The notes under the pieces were generated by a model. It was not told where the DNA came from. It was given only the letters and a program-made list of their open reading frames with translations, and made no database searches. Both the position numbers and the translations under genes were made by a program. Below are positions 13,566 to 24,649 of a stretch of DNA of 33,000 bases, in pieces. Source of the stretch: Fimbriosthenelais zetlandica (taxonomy: Eukaryota); the NCBI GenBank assembly GCA_977030845.1, contig OZ365116.1, forward strand, positions 17,360,001-17,393,000, in the 5' to 3' direction. How positions within the stretch are numbered: the first letter of the stretch is position 1; each line of letters begins with the position of its first letter.

Positions 13566-14549
13566 TTTGAGTGTGTATATTTTGTGTTATTTCATTAGAT
13601 GCGGTTCATCCAGGCTTGTCATTCCTCTGATATTTGCCTATCAAACTTCAATGATTTAATTCCTGTTTAGTCACTTCTTCTGTATATCCAACTAATGGGC
13701 TCATATATGCTCCGGAAGGATCTTAGAAAATGCTGACAGAAGATGTCTCCTCTGAAACTGATAACACGGTGACATTTCTTAAGTTCTCATATAACTGTGA
13801 ACAGACAGCGTGGCCGATTTAATTTCATCAGCTTGAGCTATCTATTTTCAGTCCTATTGATAAGCAGATCTAACAATTTAGATAATTGAGCACTGTAAAG
13901 ATAGGTCAGCTATTTTGAGGGGAATATTTCCTCAAATGTCACAACTTATACCTTGGCCTAGATACAAATGACATTTTTGCATTATACAGTATGAAGATTG
14001 TTGTCATTTTAAAAACAGATTGACCGCAAAGGATAATAGGAATAGGGCAAAATCTAATCAGATTTCCCCGAGCCCTTATTAACTTCAATATACAGTTTTA
14101 AAGCTATTTTTAACATTTCATTTTAAAGTTAAATCATTCTCTGCATAGACAAATGGGGTGAGGTTGAATGGTGGCTGTATAAGGGGCAGGAGGAGGGAGA
14201 ATGAGGAGATATGATACTGCCTCTCAATCAGTAAGCTATGCTCGGGGCAGGGGGCTGGACATTCATGTGGTATATGAGACTGCCATATTCTAGACGGATA
14301 ATCCAGTCTAGACCTCACGTCCTCCCAACACAGCCGCGGGATGTTTCCCTACTCTACCATACATGAACTGAGGGAAAGCTTACAAAGGTTACACCCAAAA
14401 TGATGAGAATTTTAAGCCAAGGTTTAATAGATGTCTAGACTCTGATATAAAGAGTTATTGGAGTCATGACATGGAGTAAGAACAATCCCTGAAAGGATTA
14501 GCCAGGGAATTGGCATGTCCAATTGCCTTCAATCAAGTGGATAGGTTCA

Positions 14550-15450
14550 AGATCAATAACCCTCACAGAAATAGAAATTTACAAAGTTGAATGGCCTTAC
14601 CATTTGGTGGGAAATAATTAGCCTGATGATAACTTTATATCCTCTGACATCATTAAAAGTCAATATGAGCTCATCGAGACCTAGGAATCTATTCCCCTCG
14701 ATCAGGCAAACAACCAATAACTTTTTATTAGAATGAATCTACCATCATCGACGCGCTGAAGCATACTGCAGTGTGGTACCAAATATTGAGTATGCTAAAC
14801 TATTCTGTATCAGCCCTGCTGCATCTATTCCTGCCCGCCTCAGAAATAATATATGGCATGTTGCCCCAAATACTACATTTCATTTATTTAGAAGTCCATT
14901 GACGTACGTCGCATGGCTCCCTTGTTTTGTACCCATGAATGATGTAATCCGACCGATGGAGAAAATTTTTGTTGAGGAGATTTACTTTGTGAACCACAAT
15001 ATAAAAAGTCCATTTCACCTCATTGGGCGAGTTGTATGGGCCTAATATAGTGGATTCCAGCACAGTCGGTTTGAATCCTTGCTCTGCAGGACCATTATCT
15101 GTGTGAGCAATAGCCAAAGTCAATGGATGGATCATTTAGCACCGGGATTAAGGGCAGCGCGGGGGATTAGTCAACGACCATGCATCAAGTACAGGAAAGA
15201 AGGGATTATTGAGTGGGGATCAATGTCAAACCTGTATTTCTTATTTTTCTTTGTCAATTGCTCACGAAGAAAGTAACCTTGCCACTCCTACATATTGATC
15301 AGTGGTGGCAAAATTACCTCTCCCTCAGTATTTTATTCTTGGGTGATGCAAAGCTAGACTGTGCTTTATTAGCTAGTCCAAAAGTGGAGCTTAAAAACAG
15401 GCGCACTTACCATGGCCATGCCCATACAATTCATCTTTACTGAGGCTTTA
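14550..15450 (-). mobile_element. Degenerate Ty3/Gypsy integrase, from the zinc finger through the GPY/F region
   Basis: ORF 14884-15135 reads IAHTDNGPAEQGF...LGPYNSPNE (cf. I.TDNGP.F...T.PY.PQ.NG). Upstream near 15410-15430 is GHGHGK (cf. GH.G..K). Downstream at ~14590-14610 is PKW*GPF with a 1-bp shift (cf. KL.PKW.GPF). Confidence 0.7.
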
Positions 15451-15556
15451 AGAGGTCAAGCAATGTCTCCCCCACTTATCCAATCATTTCAAACAACAGC
15501 TTATAGGACAGCCTGGAGGAGAGGCTTTTACTATGTTGTTATCTCCTGACTCAAGA

Positions 15557-15606
15557 CTTTACCTCTCACAAACAATCTTTACCTCTCACAAACAATCTTT
15601 ACCTCT
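15557..15606 (+). repeat. Perfect short tandem repeat, 20-bp unit CTTTACCTCTCACAAACAAT x2.5
   Basis: 15557-15576 and 15577-15596 are identical, followed by CTTTACCTCT (15597-15606). Confidence 0.95.
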
Positions 15607-15899
15607 TACATATAGAATACATACCTATTACCTTAGAAAAGCCATCTGACAACGGAAACATGAAATGTGAAATCTCCCATTATACATTTCCTGTCATTGA
15701 GAACTGTTACCTTTATCTGACTCTAAGACACCTGAACCCACCTGCTGGCTCCCCACACAGGTGTGCAGAATATCGGAATTGGAAACTCCCCAACCTGCAT
15801 GGCTTTGGGTGTTTTGGGTGCAGATCTGCATGTAGAAGCCAGGCAGGATCTCTGCTCCAGTGGTTAAGTGTTAAATTTGGGGTAATCATAGTCACCCTG

Positions 15900-16330
15900 T
15901 TAGGAGGGTATCATTGGGTTTGATCTGACCTAGATTCACGGACACATGATGTTGTAGGGGGGGTGGATCATGATGTAGCTGGTAGAGGACGGATAAGGCA
16001 TTACAGAACATAACATTACAGGACGCTGGATGGATGGGGGATATGGAGCTGTACTCTATGAAGAATTGTAACATGGATGGGTACGGGAGGATGAGGTAAA
16101 GGAGGAGGAGGAGGAAGAGGGGTGATACAGACACAGGAGACCAAAGCTGAGACCAGCAGTCGGGATCAATAATACCACAGATACAGGAGGCACCCTGGAG
16201 AAGGCCATGGAGGAGGAGGAATGAAGCTGACGAGGATGGCTCCAAAGTAGAGCAATGGAGAGGACTTGTGGGATAAGAAGTGAGGTGGTGGTGGATGTGT
16301 CTGTTATGATATGGCTAGCCCATAGAGACA
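15900..16330. other. Purine/GGA-rich low-complexity segment, possibly LTR- or UTR-derived
   Basis: G/A-rich plus strand with (GGA)n runs at ~16098-16118 and ~16208-16220. No coding motifs were recognised. The overlapping ORFs are Ser/Leu-rich products of low complexity. Confidence 0.4.
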
Positions 16331-16699
16331 TTGCTGGTCGTCTGCTGAGTTACACCAATGCTCCTTCTAATTACCATTCAGCCTCTCACAGCCAGAGCTG
16401 GAACGGCAGGCACATGAAAAGTACAAGACCAATCGTTCCTTGGCTGAGAAGCCATTGGATTGGTATTTACCAGCTAAAGAAGATCAATTAGAAGGCCTTA
16501 TTGACTTATTGAGCCAGATGCAAGGCATGCAAGGGAAACAAGTAGAGTAAAAATTAACTGCTGGCAGCCTGGGGATAAATGCTTAATTTGGTCCTTATGT
16601 ATATAACATTTCTCTGCATCGTACACTAGCCTAATCAGGAGAGACGTTTCATTCTAGAGGCTTTTTGTTCGAGCTTTCATCCTTAGCCAGAGACGGGTG

Positions 16700-17250
16700 T
16701 TTGAGCAGAGGCAATTAATTCTCAAATCGATCATTTATTGCTTGTATATTTAATCTAAAACTTCTCGAAATTCCCAATTGGCAACCAAGTAGAAGTCTAT
16801 TTGAGTCGGGCCCATTGGCGTAGCACAGACACCAAATGCTTGGTGCTTGATTCTTTACTTACCTTGACTATGAAAATCAATGACTGCCAAGGGCACCTCT
16901 CAAGTTGAGCTAGCAAATATTCATTTTTACGACCACGGGATGGGTAGACCACAACCATATTAAAATCCACACACGGCAGCGGCCACTGGCCTAAAGTGCA
17001 TTGAAAATTAGGAAATCAATTTCACAAGAAATGATTTCTCTGAATTCACTGCCGATGGAGCAAGATCTCCAGGCAATTCCTACCAAATAGCTGCTCTTCA
17101 GCCTCTTGCACATGGCTTCTGCCACTTTCTGCTGAATTAGATTTCAATTGAGTGTTGATCAAACAGACTGACAGAAACAAGCCATTTTGCAGCAACTGAA
17201 CTGATAACTAATGCAATGGCAGAACGGATCAAAAGTGGTACATTTACCCT
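16700..17250 (+). mobile_element. Degenerate pogo/Tigger-like (DDE_1) transposase fragment
   Basis: Ordered motifs: PNAWCLILYLP*L*KS (~16830-16880; cf. NA.G..LPPL.IGKS), TTGWVD (~16932-16950; cf. GWM) and FLPNSCS-QPLAHGF with a 1-bp shift (17075-17120; cf. FLP.NTTS.LQPLDQG). Confidence 0.55.
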
Positions 17251-17486
17251 GATCTTTAAGCAACCTACAAGAGTCACGTCTTCAGGTATTACCTCCTTAG
17301 ATCCTGTAACCAATATTAAACTCTGAGATTAAATTTAATCCATTTGCTTTCTATTGTACTTACCATAAGTTTCCTCAGCAACATGGTAATAATCTCTCCC
17401 TTAACCGAGTATCTCAATGTATGTGTTAATATCAATATTAATCCCTTTCAGTTTGGATTATAAGTAAAAGTATCTATGGCCTGTGA

Positions 17487-17860
17487 TGTTGTAGCTCGGA
17501 GGCTCCAGGGATACCTGATACTCCTCCCTCAACTGCTCCCGACACACACTGAGCTGTGGAGGGAGCCCCCTCTCCTTCACCTTATAAAGGCACCATGGCT
17601 GGAGGCCTACAAGTTACACTAGCATTAAGTTGAAACCACCACCAGCCACCAGTGGTAGGAGACCCCAGCGTGCTGAGGAACGCTCTGGGGGCAATTACCC
17701 CCAAAGCTCATTGTCAATTTATTCCCTTGTCTGCCACAGCACGGCCATGATGAAGTGAGGTGCCTTAAGTTGACATCAAGAAGTGCTCAAGCGGTCCTTG
17801 TTGATAATTGGGGATCGGTTAAATATTGAAACTTAAATCAAAACCATCTTCCCTACAACT
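17487..17860 (+). mobile_element. Candidate solo LTR
   Basis: A GC-richer island of ~374 bp in AT-rich flanks. It begins TGTTGTAG (17487) and ends CTACAAC(T) (17853-17860), a near-perfect terminal inverted repeat of the TG...CA type, with an internal TTATAAAGG TATA-like motif at ~17582. There is no clean target-site duplication, and the last base is T rather than A. Confidence 0.4.
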
Positions 17861-18599
17861 TGAATGTCATTATTTTTAAATAATATAAAGCTGCTCTGTT
17901 CATCCGTTACTAATGTATGAATGGGAATTGATTATTTATGAGTTGCATGTCTTACTTCAACGTCCAATTTTAAAAGCTTCAGAGTGTGCCGCAGATATTT
18001 CTGAGATGTTTTGGTAATGTTAAAACTGTGAAGCATGTAGCAGTTCCTGACATAGTGAATGTAAATCAAATCGTGTATTAAAAATGCATGGATGGCCTTC
18101 AACATATAGTGTAAAGTCGTAGGTTCAGTGGGTGGAGTACATAGTTAGGTGGGCAATGAAAGCAGATGGAGCAGGCTGCAGATTGACTAGGTCCCCATAT
18201 CCAATTAATTTGAGTTCCAGGAGTGAAAAATTTCATGGAAACGATATACGACACCTTGGGTCTCCTCCTTAGGAGCATACATTAACAATTTGTCACTCGA
18301 TACTCTCGTTAGTCCCTCATTACAAATGCAGCCTAACAGTGCATGCAGCCAGGCAGGGGGTGTCTATAGGGACTGCTATGTATATCCCTAACAATGATAA
18401 AATGGGTAAAGGCTCTAGCCAACCTAAAACCCTGGATTTCCTGATCATCTTTGACTTCGAAGATGAGAGAATAATTCTAGGATGTTCTTGTTATTTGCAA
18501 TCGTTAGGCATTGAGGATTATGTTTAAGACTGAATAGTTAGCGACTAACCCAAACACCTGCCAAGGCAAGAAAAGCTGTACAAAAGACAATAGATTGGT

Positions 18600-19100
18600 G
18601 GTAGAGCATTAATGTGATTAATGCTGCCACACCTGCCGGATACCTCAGGCTAATTTACACAGAGAGAGGCTTTATTTGTGAAGCAATCAACAGTGTTGGG
18701 CTGAGAAGGGCATGTTAACACCAAACATGGAGATACTTATCACAGCAGAGATGTCACTGAACAGGGATGAAGGCTGAGGCTAGCTCCAGGCTAAAGAGTC
18801 AGTCAAACAAACCCAGTGAATTATCACTGACGGCCGGAAACTATGTGACAACATGGACGTCATGCATGTACCTCGCTCAAGTAGCTACATTGACAGAGCT
18901 CAGAATAGCCTGTATTTATATGGTTTCTTGTCTATCGGGGTACCTTAGTTAATCACTATGTTCTGCAGAAATTGCTATGTGGACTTCTGTGAAAGTCCAG
19001 ACCTTTGCTATGTTATAGCGGCGGAGGCTTCTTGCCAGTTCAAAGAGCCACACGCTTACTAATGACCTGCTAAACCAGTCCGTCGAAGGGCAATACAGTA
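18600..19100 (+). mobile_element. Possible degenerate Gypsy integrase core
   Basis: NSVGLRRGML..MEILITAE (~18687-18750; cf. VG.D..GPL...YIL.A.D) and KPSELSLTAGNYVT (~18810-18850; cf. G.P.EILTD.G.NF.S). Confidence 0.4.
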
Positions 19101-20599
19101 AGGCGGCCACCGGGGAATGGTCTCCTATAACAAACAATCATCAGTTCTTACAAACAGTTAGTCTACACACAATGACTGCCACTAATCTTTCTTACTATGA
19201 AAAGTCACTCAGGATGGAAGGGTGGTATAGGGAAGCGCTACTCAAATCAAGGCTTTACTCTCAATGACTTAAATACAATGGCCTTTATGCCTTTAGTTGA
19301 GAAAAAAGGTTCGTAGGTTCATTCGTGTCTGGCTAATTTGGGAATGAAAGGCAAACCGTGAATATTTTATTAGATGTTTGGATGCACGGGAGCAGGAAAA
19401 GCCCACAAGCTGGGAGGCAGTAGTATGGGGAAATCAACCTAGTCTCCAGGCACGATATTTAGCCAGTAAACATTGTGGCAAAATGCAGTCCCAAGTGGCT
19501 TTTCATTCTGGATTTGTTTAGTTTCAGTATAAAAATGAGATTAGAATGATCATTTATTTGCTATAAATCAAAGCTGCTAGGCAGCTAGAGATGGCGATTC
19601 ATATCTGAAACGACTAAAGAAATGTGAAAAATGCTTGCTAAAGCAGTAGTAGCAGAATCACCGGTCATCTCTCATGCCAATTCATTCACACACCAGTTTG
19701 AATGAGGATAATATTACGAAAGTTGACATAAATAAAAAGGATGGTATCTCAATAACGAAAATGATTGCCGACTGAATTATTGGATTCATTCGAGATAAAT
19801 ATGTTCTTTAAACTTTCCTATAAATGTAATGACCGGATGATGAATGACTTCCATTATCTCGACAGTAACTTTAAAGTTTAAAAGCTAGTGGTATTTATCA
19901 GGACTAGTTTTACTTAATATTTAGAATAAATGTCTGTATAGGAAAGTTGCTAAAACATGAGATGGTTTATGGCTATGGTCTAAACGTGCTTGTTTAGCCA
20001 TCAGTCCTACAATCCTAAGCGGAGGCCTTGATGGGCATAATAGCCATCATCCAAAGATCAAACTCAAGAAAAAATAGCAAGTTGACATTCTACCTAATGG
20101 CCATTAAGCATGTGGGGGTTTACCTGGGACACCTGGATGCTTTATGTACATGGTAAATGGGCACCTTTATCACACCTTGTACGTCAGGGGAATGTGTGCA
20201 TCACTAGAAATAAGAGGGGCACACTGCTCTGGCAGAAAAGAGCCAAGTGATTTATGATTATTGCTTCGACCCTTGCAGTGCTCGAGCTGGCAGAAAGCAT
20301 ACAGTTTCCTCAGGTTAAGATTCAGGGCTAGCTTTGTCAAATTAGTACATTTTATTGCTTCTGCCAGTTGTCAGCACATCTTTCTTCAGCTCTTTTTAGT
20401 AACTACATTGGATCCTTTGGATAAGGATTTGATACATTGCCATTGGCACTGTTAGTGTACAATCGCTTCAATAGAGTCGCCTTGCTATTTCTTAAGGGAA
20501 ATCACTGGAACATAGAAACGTCAGACCCACTAGAGTTGCTCATATTTCTTTGATCCCCAGGATCCCATCAGGGGAGACTGCTCGAATTGGTAAGGCAAT

Positions 20600-21800
20600 G
20601 TTACTTTTGCTTGTGTAACACTTCTGCTGCCTCTTTGTGACTATAAACACATTGTTACATTTGTTGTCGCTGGTACAGTAGTTAAATCAGAATAGAATAT
20701 AGTATGCTCTGGTCAGTGGTTCAATGATTATTTGGTTCAGATAAATATTCAGCTGAGGGACTAATATAGGACAAAAACCAAGTTCAGTTGGATATGTTTT
20801 GTGACGATTTCCTTGAGCTTCATGGTTGGGAATATGGCATTCTGCATGGCACGGAATATCGTGAAACGCCTTCTCAAACAAGCCATTTTTCTATGTCTGA
20901 TACAGTCATGTCAATGGCCACGTATTTCATCAAAGCCAATGGCTTTTTATCAGAGCACAACATTTAACAATGGGAATAGATGAAGATGCATGACATCAAA
21001 TAATAGGGCACTTGATGTAATGCATGCAATACAAGCCTACACTGACGAGAGACGAAAGGGTAGAGTTCCCCCAACAAGCTTACATTTATCTCATTTCAAG
21101 GTTTTTCGGTGCATGTATTTGAAACTGCATCCACTGCAATACATTTTCCCAAATATAATATTATTATTTCAGAATGAATCAGAGGAGAGGGAAGGAGACA
21201 AGGGGATCTATAAGTGAACAAATAACAAGAGACCATAAATCCTTTGGGACACCGGAAGTACAATGTCAACTCATGACATCCTGCACAAGTGGCAAAGCAG
21301 GCCAGATCGAAACGAATAAAGGTCAAGTCCTTAAAACAACATGGCACTTGCAAATATATGTCCAGCATTTGCTTACAATTCCCACAGGTTATGTATGGGA
21401 GTCAATAATATGGAAAGATGACGAGTGATCCAAGCCAAGACCAGCCTTATACCGCACCCATCCTCTTTGGTGCTGGGGGACTGAATATTCAAGTCATTGA
21501 GAATTTCTGAAACGTGACTCTGAATGGGTTGATTAGTTTTGGAATCAGCTAGTTCCACTTGACACCATATGTCAAACAACATCAATGGTGGTGGAGATCA
21601 CATGTCTTAAGTCCCACCCATCTGATCCAATACGACAAAAAAACAGCCCCTACGTCTTTTCAATGTTCCGGAAATACTGAGCCTACCCCGGAAAAGCCAA
21701 GATTACTCAGGAAAATGACACGGCTCTTTGTGTCATGAGATTGATTGGAAATAATAAAATTTTACCTCTCAGAGGAGGCAGACGGGCACGCCGTACTTCT
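20600..21800 (+). mobile_element. Degenerate Ty1/Copia pol (integrase then RT, Copia order)
   Basis: FCDDFLELHGWEYGILH..TP and DTVMSMATYFIKANG (~20797-20942; cf. GI.H...TPQQNG and RT.MEMAR.ML.A.GL). KGRVP...SHFKVFRC (21089-21112; cf. GK.P..SHLRVFGC). TTWHL..IPTG (21336-21390; cf. N.TW.LV.LP.G). YVK...NG (21568-21589; cf. DVK.AFLNG). Confidence 0.65.
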
Positions 21801-22349
21801 TTGCAGCATCTCCAGCTGGAATATTAAATAACAAGATTTCCCTTATCAGATTTTCCTCTCTCCTCTTTTTTAGAGTGGTTTTTCACCAAAAAGCAAAGCA
21901 GGAGAATTGGAGAAAGGCCATGTGAACTATTTTGAATGACTATCATTGTCCTTGGGAAACTTGTCAACTGTAATCGGAGTCCTATTGAAAGTGGCCATTT
22001 CTTCCTCTGACTCATGCTTCCTCATAAATAAAGTAAAGCCACTGCAAAAAGAGGCAGCCACGAGAAGCCCCTTAATATTCCTGGTTATGGGTCACTTGCA
22101 TTATATACAACTAAAAGGAACTATGTCTGTTGGGCAGGTCTGGAGAATGAACAGGTCAATGGGCATGGCAAAGATCGAGAGCCCTGATTCAGAGGGTAGA
22201 TGCCCATCTGTTATCATTAAATCAGTCCTTGCAGCCGTCCGTAGTACAGTTCTTATGTCCCGGACCACTCTTGGTGCCCTGTGGATGTAGCCCAGCGAAA
22301 GATGTAGAGCCTACAAAGCGTCGTTTTGTTCTGGTCAAAGCTCACCGTT

Positions 22350-22950
22350 TCTTCACCAGTTGCCCCATGCACTGACCTGAAAAGTCCTGAGGGCAACCGA
22401 GCGATAGGCAAACAGCAAATGAGAAGGTGGAATGGCAGAGATTGATTGTGAAGCAGCTATTATTCTCCCACCATAGCACTATACTGATGAGAAAGATGGG
22501 CCAGGATGTCATTTACCATCTGTTGTGGGCCAGGGTCACCATTCCTGGCTCTCTCTTAATGTTTGCCACCAGTGATAACTCTCTCCCTTACTGTAGGAAT
22601 ATTCTGAGTGACCTTCGGTGTCTCTGTTTCCACACATTTGATGTACTCTAATGTCTATACCGATGGTTGGCCAATCAGGGAATGTCCTGCACTGGGCCCA
22701 GCTGTATAGAAAAAACCAGCAATGGCTACGAAGCACTACTTACACCACTATCTAGTCTCACCGATATTTCAACTTTTTTTCCATCAAGATTATTCTATAG
22801 CACTTTTGCTTGAAGGCAAACACTGCCAAGCAATCAATAAGTTACTGATGTCTTCCAAGGTTTCCTTTCATGGAGGATTGCCACAGCAGGTACCCTTCTA
22901 TAGGTGGTCAAAACGAATACATTGTTTTCTGGCGCGAGTATTAGAAATTC
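22350..22950 (-). mobile_element. Degenerate Ty3/Gypsy integrase core
   Basis: The minus strand at 22392-22418 reads LLFAYRSVA (cf. LLFAYR..PQ.STG.SP). Upstream at ~22500-22530 it reads PWPTTDGK (cf. YHPQTDG). Confidence 0.7.
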
Positions 22951-23449
22951 TTCTCAGTGAATTTGTCAGGCACTTGTCTTTCTTCCTAGTATCCCCCTCT
23001 GGGTTGCTCACTGTATAAATACAGACTTGGTAGCGAGTAGGAAGTGAGAGGAAATGCCTGTAGGGGCTTGAGACCACTTGTACTTAGCGAGAGTAGAAAG
23101 TCTGAGGTGGTGGGAAGAAGACATAAACTAACCACAAGCAAGGAACAAATAATTTACATACTGCCGTTCTCTTATCTTTGCCTTCGGGCTATAATGTATT
23201 GCCCGTGCTTGGGAAACGTTTTATCAGCGTGGATAATTTAAAAGGACTAAATCAGAATGCTTCTATGTAAGGAAATCAGGTGGTTCTTTATTAGCAAGCT
23301 CCTTAATTATGTCTCTGATGCATCTTTAAAGCACCGCTTTCTTGGCTCAGAGTGGAAAAAGGACTTCTCGAAAATTCATCTTATAAATGTGATGTTCACA
23401 ATTAGATCAATGAACAATTAGGAACAATTATTCAGTAAGATGTTTTGGG

Positions 23450-24000
23450 CTTTCTTTTACAGCCATCGCATTACTATGAGGAATTTCAATGGATCTCGAA
23501 CATTTTATTGTACCTATAACATCCTAAATGCCTCTTGACACTTTTAAATGGTAATGGACCCGTTTCTAGTTGGGTTTATATATGGGGCAGGGTGTGTGCT
23601 TCTCTCTGGGCAGCATCCAACTGTACGTACAGCCAGTTTACTAATGAGGCAATGTCGGTTACAGCATAATGGAATGCCATGCTTTCTGGACCACCTTAAT
23701 CATTTAAAATCAATTTTAATGACTAAGAGGAATCTCCTCGCAATTAATTTAGATTATGGTGCACTTGGAGGGCTCATTTATTAGAAATGAAACAGAGTCG
23801 GCTCTCAAACATATCCTATTAATTGAAGGGTCGGAGATGAGTGTAATGGTTGCATGCATTAAAACTTGCTGTAAATTACAGGCGGTTTTGTGGCACAAAT
23901 ATGTATATATACAGGAGACCTGTACATCTGATATAGGCTGTCAACTATTCATAAAGATGCTAACAAGGAGGAAGTATGATGAATGTGGTGGAACGCGTGG
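23450..24000 (-). mobile_element. Degenerate Ty3/Gypsy-type integrase core (second element)
   Basis: One minus frame reads SRKHGIP (~23670-23690; cf. ..HG.P), then HPAPYINPTRNGSI (23555-23595; cf. T.PY.PQ.NG..E) and AFRML. Confidence 0.55.
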
Positions 24001-24649
24001 TCAACCATGAAGCAGCCTATTCCATTATCCTCACAGGTAAAGTGCTTTATAATGAGCACATTCCTTCCTGGGCAGGCAGGACTGGGGAGAATGCCAATAC
24101 CTCTTCTTACTCCCCGAGCTTTCTTTAAGTGATAACGAGCCACACACAGAACGTGTGGAGATTGGCATTATTTTCTTATCTCCTTGCCATGTTGTGATGC
24201 ATCAGGCTGGGTAGGTAATGGAGGGCCATCCAAGGCAAAGACAAACCATGCCAAACTGTCATCTTACCTTGAAATAAAGCGCTCCCATAATCTCTGCTCT
24301 AAAAGGGACGTTGGGGGAAACACCAACGATTTCTGGTAGCCGTAAATTATATCAAACGCCAAGTTCCACGACACTCTAACTTGTTAGCAAGCAAAAAAGG
24401 CCCCTCGGCAAACAAGAAAGACTTTGAGGTCGCCTTTCTCAATAGCAAATTGCAAAAAGCAGAGAGCTTGTTTTTGCTTACATGACGCAGTACTTGAAAC
24501 CCACCAACAAGACTGACAATTGCCAAAGACACCCTGCGAGAATTATAGCAACTATATGGCTACTTTGAATCAAGCTCCGGGGGTAACACAATTAATATTT
24601 TAGCAAATGCATAGAAACTAGAAGAGCGAGAGCTTAAAGACGAGTCAGA

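Larger units (their letters stand above)
10081..13745 (+). repeat. Copy 2 of a 3,665-bp direct tandem duplication
   Basis: Starts TCGGATTCTGATGCC at 10081 and ends ...GACAGAAGATG at 13745, followed by TC (13746-13747), which matches the first two bases of the unit. No mismatch or indel in the segments compared by eye, including homopolymers. Confidence 0.99.

Noticed and set aside
6416-13745. The 3,665-bp repeats as LTRs, a composite transposon or a satellite
   Set aside because: The copies abut directly with no internal region, lack TG...CA ends, TIRs and TSDs, contain unrelated TE relics, and number only two.
15557-15606. The 20-bp repeat as a CRISPR array
   Set aside because: The units abut with no spacers, no cas genes are present, and the context is eukaryotic.
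15892-16331. The 117-aa and 91-aa minus-strand ORFs
   Set aside because: Ser/Leu-rich translations of the (GGA)n purine-rich strand; low-complexity artefacts.
23756-23790. IMVHL resembling the CACTA/En-Spm transposase motif FDIMVHL
   Set aside because: An isolated match with no neighbouring CACTA motifs. The opposite strand fits an integrase core better.
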